From Octopus bimaculoides (lineage: Eukaryota): a stretch of DNA of 64,000 nt. Positions 60,003 through 64,000 of the stretch are shown piece by piece. The position numbers and the translations under genes were made by a program. The notes beneath the pieces were generated by a model. It did not search any database and was not told the origin of the DNA. It saw only the letters and a list, made by a program, of their open reading frames with translations. Where the stretch lies: positions 21,581,704 to 21,645,703 of the forward strand of contig NC_068986.1 of the NCBI RefSeq assembly GCF_001194135.2, written 5' to 3'. Positions within the stretch are counted from its first letter, which is position 1. Every line of letters begins with the position of its first letter.

Positions 60003-61109
60003 TCTTCTTTATTATTACACAGAAGAATCTAAAAAAAAAAATAATAAACACAATAAAAATTTTGCGACAAACAAAAACCACGTTCGGCAATGCCGAAAAT
60101 AAACGTCCTTGAGGTAAACTACACTGCCAGGAAGCAACGTCAAGGTCACTGATGTTTTTCTCTACAACACTAACACAGCATCGCTAGCGCAGGCATGTGT
60201 TTATAATAGACCTATTGAACGGCACCAGTAGGCACAATCATCCTTCCCACACAATTAAAATTAAAATTTTGATGAATATTAATAATGATGTTGAGGGGGA
60301 AACATCATATCCAATAGAGATAGCGATAGTGTAATTTTATCAATGAAATTACTACCTTGAAAACGGAAAAGTAATCGATAAAAAATGTGAAACGGAAATT
60401 GTTCGATCCACAATTTACGTACATAAAAGCGTATTTTTTCTCTCCCTAATTATATCGTTTTAGTTTTAATTTTACATTCCTTCACTGTCAATTTTTTTTT
60501 TACCCGTTAGTATTATGTAAAGCAATGTTTTTATTATCATAATTAGTAGATTCCTCAACACATTCCTATTGAGCACCCGTATAGCTTTACCTAGTAATAT
60601 ACCCAGTCGGGCTCTCTCTCACTCACTCACTCACACTCACACACACACACACACNNNNNNNNNNGCTCTCTCTCACTCACTCACTCACACTCACACACAC
60701 ACACACACTCTCTCTCTCTCTCTCTCTCTCCCTAGTGTTCTTCTATCAATGACCGTGATGAGATTATAATTAATAAATCATACATGCAGTAATATAAACA
60801 AACAACGTTATTACTGCAGGGCGACATTAAAAGAGTTACTGGTATAGAGTCGGTCTTTATTTTTTACGATGTTGAAAGTTCGATGACGGTGATATGAGCT
60901 CAAGATACACTGCACCACTTTAACCCTTCGTCTCTCAGACACTGACCAAAAACTCATTAAAATAATTTTTTTTTTAAATGCCATATATCTAGCCGGAGAG
61001 AGAGAGAGAAGAGCACGCATAGGAAAAAAAGAACAACAACAAAAAAAACCTACTGCAAGATTCGATTACTAACTGGAAATGAATGCACTGTCAAAATTCA
61101 GTTACTTAC

Positions 61110-61230
61110 CGAGGGTACTTCTCGTTGGTAAATAATGTCGCATGGTTAACGGTGACAACGGCGACCGCACGATATATCCGTGTCTTTTTTTGGCATTTAG
61201 TAAAGCAGCAATTAGACCTGAAATGCGGTT
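61110..61230 (-). other. Putative non-coding first exon of the PPP1R3-like gene (far boundary uncertain); intron 61109-60029
   Basis: Minus-strand donor CG|GTAAGT at 61109 and acceptor (T)n-AG ending at 60029, 26 nt upstream of the ATG. Confidence 0.5.
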
Positions 61231-61666
61231 TGTTCGGTTCCCATCTAAGTTGCTCTTTCTGCTCCTCTGCTCTCTCTTCCTCTTTCTCTCTGTATACCCG
61301 TCTCTTCGAGATTTCAGCTTCAGTTAATTGCCCAGGCTGTCTGCTGTGATCACGTGACCCGCAAGCAGCTGATAGTTGCCACTCAGTATTTGGCAATAGA
61401 GCCGAAAGCATCCTAACTTTCACTTTTGGTGCATTATGTTCGGTTCCATCTGAAGTTGCTCTTGCTTCTTCTCTGCTTTTCTCTCTTCTTTGCCTCCGTA
61501 TATCCCCTCTCTCTCTCTCTCTCTCTTTGAGATTTCAGCTTCTCTTAATTGCCCAAGCTGTCTGCCGTGATCACGTGACCCGCAACCCAGCTGATAGATA
61601 GTTGCCACTCAGAATTTGGCAATAGAGCCGAAAGCACCCTAACTTTCACTTTTGATGCATTATGTT
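61231..61666. promoter_or_regulatory. Tandemly duplicated ~206/226-bp unit, each copy with GATCACGTGACC and CAGCTGATAG
   Basis: Units 61231-61436 and 61437-61662 align throughout; CACGTG at 61351 and 61572. Confidence 0.6.
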
Positions 61667-61746
61667 AACCACATCGATAAAACAATACAAGTGGGAGGAA
61701 AGTGTACTTCTGTAGCTGCATAGTTTTATCTCAAATGTTGCGTACT

Positions 61747-61785
<39 letters not shown>

Positions 61786-61962
61786 GATACTGTATTTTAT
61801 TGAGGAGAGGGAAGCAAAGAAAGAAAAAGAAAAGGAATAGTTATTTATTACATTGCATTAAGAATGAGATAGGAGGAACGGAAAACATTTCCAACACTTT
61901 GGAATTATCACTAAATTTTAATATAATACAATAAATATATTTACATGACATATACAAGGTGA

Positions 61963-62006
<44 letters not shown>

Positions 62007-64000
62007 CGATTTAGATGTGTGGATCACTCTCTATCTTTCTGATAGAAAGATAGATAGATAGATATGATGCGCAACACAGCGACGATATGTATTCAAACGC
62101 TCACACAGACACATAGCATTTGTCGAAATACTACAACAGAAATTTCTTAATGGAATTTCTATAACTACACAACACTGAAAGCTGCGTGTTCCGTACAATT
62201 CACTGCGTTAACCATACTACTTACACACATTGCTCCCAAAATATTTACTTGATTGTTAGCACGTTAAATATCGAGTTCTTTCGAATCGAGAGAGAAAAAC
62301 AATTGCTATTGTGGTGATCATGTATGTCTCTTAAAACAACAATGAAATGAAAACAACAGTGTGCCAGTGGAAACCGAAACCGAAACCGGTTCGCTATGTT
62401 AACTTATAAAACACACACACGTACGTACGCAAAGAAAACATTGAGCTATTAACCCTTCATCTTCCAGTGTAATTCCATTCACATTTTTTTTAAGGAATAT
62501 TAAGTCAGTGCTGCACTTAACTAGTAATTTAGTTTTTCACTTTCCGGAAGAACGAGTTTCAAAATTTACTTCGGCAAGATTTGAACGCTGAACGGAAAGG
62601 GTCATGACTGAGTAAATGCCACTAAAGTTCGATGTTCTCGCCATTCAGCTGATCCACTGTTTTATGTTTCAAGAAAAACAAAAAAACAAAAAAAAAACTG
62701 GAATAGTTTCAACTGGGAATCGAAACCTTGATTGCTTATCTTGGCAAATTATTTGCTGTTGTAATAGAATTAAAAAAAATTAACAGATAAAATTAGAAAA
62801 TGCTTTATGGACGTTGAGACATTTCACCTTGCTATTCAATAATAATTGTGATTCTCTCGAAACGATTCTCTTTGAAATTAACTTTACGACAGCATTTCGT
62901 AATAATACGACTTGTAGATTGGATTGACCTCGACGAAATAAAGGAAAAGTCGATCTCGAGAACTGACTCCTTTCTTTCTTTATTGTTCAATTGTGATATT
63001 GCGCGCTCAATGATTATAAACGAGGTCGGAAGATTTGTTGAATCGGTGGAGTGACAAACAAAAATGCATTGCAGTATTTAATTACATCTCTCTGTTCTGA
63101 GTTCAAATCCTATCATGACCAGAGCTGCCTCTTATCCTTCTAGGTATCGATAAAATAAAGTGGCACTCGCGTACTATGTTCAATAAAGTCGACTGAATGT
63201 CGAACAAAATGTCTTTAGTTTATGGATTGTTACATTCTGAGTTCAAATCCTGTCGAAGACAACTTTTGCCTTTTATTCTCATAGGGTCGATAAAAACAAA
63301 CTAACAATGTACACAGTTGATTTAATTTTCGTATAAATAAAGCAATTGTTTCTAGTCTTCTAGCATTCGTGAAAAAAAAAAAATTACTAAGTTTGCACGG
63401 GAAATATAACCGTTTTAAACTTATATATTTTTTGGGTGGGGATGTAGAGACCTATTGCTTATTTTTTTTTTTTTTTACTTCTGTATAACAGAATTATTTA
63501 TAAACGAATTTTCAAGGCGTTCAAGCATTAATATGTATTTTCTAAAGTTTTAAATTATATATTTAAAAATCTGTGATGCACTTAGATACTACCCGTTCTA
63601 CAGCGCACCGAACTACTGCTAAAAAGCATCATAGAAGTGAAGTGAATGGAATTATGATAGAAATAGTAATAGAATGACTTCTCTAAAAATGTGAGTCCTT
63701 AAGCCTGTGCCAGAGATCAATATGGAATAACAATACTGTGTTTATACTGTCTTTATAACTACTACTTCTATTCACCGGCACCAATTTTGAATGAAGTACT
63801 ATTCTGACTGAGAGACTAAACACGGTCTTAATTCAAACACTGAGACAACACCGATTGTTTTTAACTTTGTGAACAAGTTAAATACAGAGCATGTATGTGA
63901 TCAATGACAGACCTACTAGAAATAGGAGATAAATCTCCTTCAAATCACACCCAGTTGAGTTAAACGAATTGAAAAACAAAGCAAAAAAAAAAAAAAAAAA

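Noticed and set aside
60611-60730. Direct repeat of a compound CT/CACT/CA microsatellite around a 10-N gap
   Set aside because: Most likely an unmerged contig overlap rather than a biological duplication.
61106-61608. Two similar minus-strand ORFs (CGSRDH..QL.EAEISKR)
   Set aside because: By-product of the tandem duplication; no protein-family signal and different lengths and indels.

Overview
AT-rich, microsatellite- and retroposon-dense metazoan genomic DNA with about ten N gaps. The repeat content looks like a coleoid cephalopod, most likely Octopus (inference; no database was consulted). Three protein-coding genes were reconstructed by hand from GT-AG boundaries with consistent phases. 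(1) The 3' 12 exons of symplekin (SYMPK, +, 799-16607, 534 C-terminal aa; the 5' end lies outside the window). (2) A complete SCFD2 (+; putative non-coding exon ending at 21369, then 15 coding exons at 23496-47123, 683 aa). (3) A 1445-aa PP1 glycogen-targeting-subunit-like gene (-, 55665-60002) whose CDS is one exon. It has two tandem CBM21 domains, a KKVSF motif and an N-terminal myristoylation/palmitoylation-like sequence, and its putative promoter is tandemly duplicated with CACGTG E-boxes. Almost all other entries in the ORF track are repeat fragments or artefacts read across N runs. Introns and intergenic DNA carry RTE-clade LINE pieces, tRNA-derived SINEs, TTAA-flanked piggyBac-type MITEs, a maT-type mariner relic, an R4/Dong 3' end in (TAA)n, CR1/L2 ends, two foldback structures, an interstitial (CCCTAA)n array and a tRNA-like gene in a 314-bp repeat unit. 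The best candidate for new biology is the possibly membrane-anchored, double-CBM21 PP1 subunit. I found no clearly new multi-gene system.
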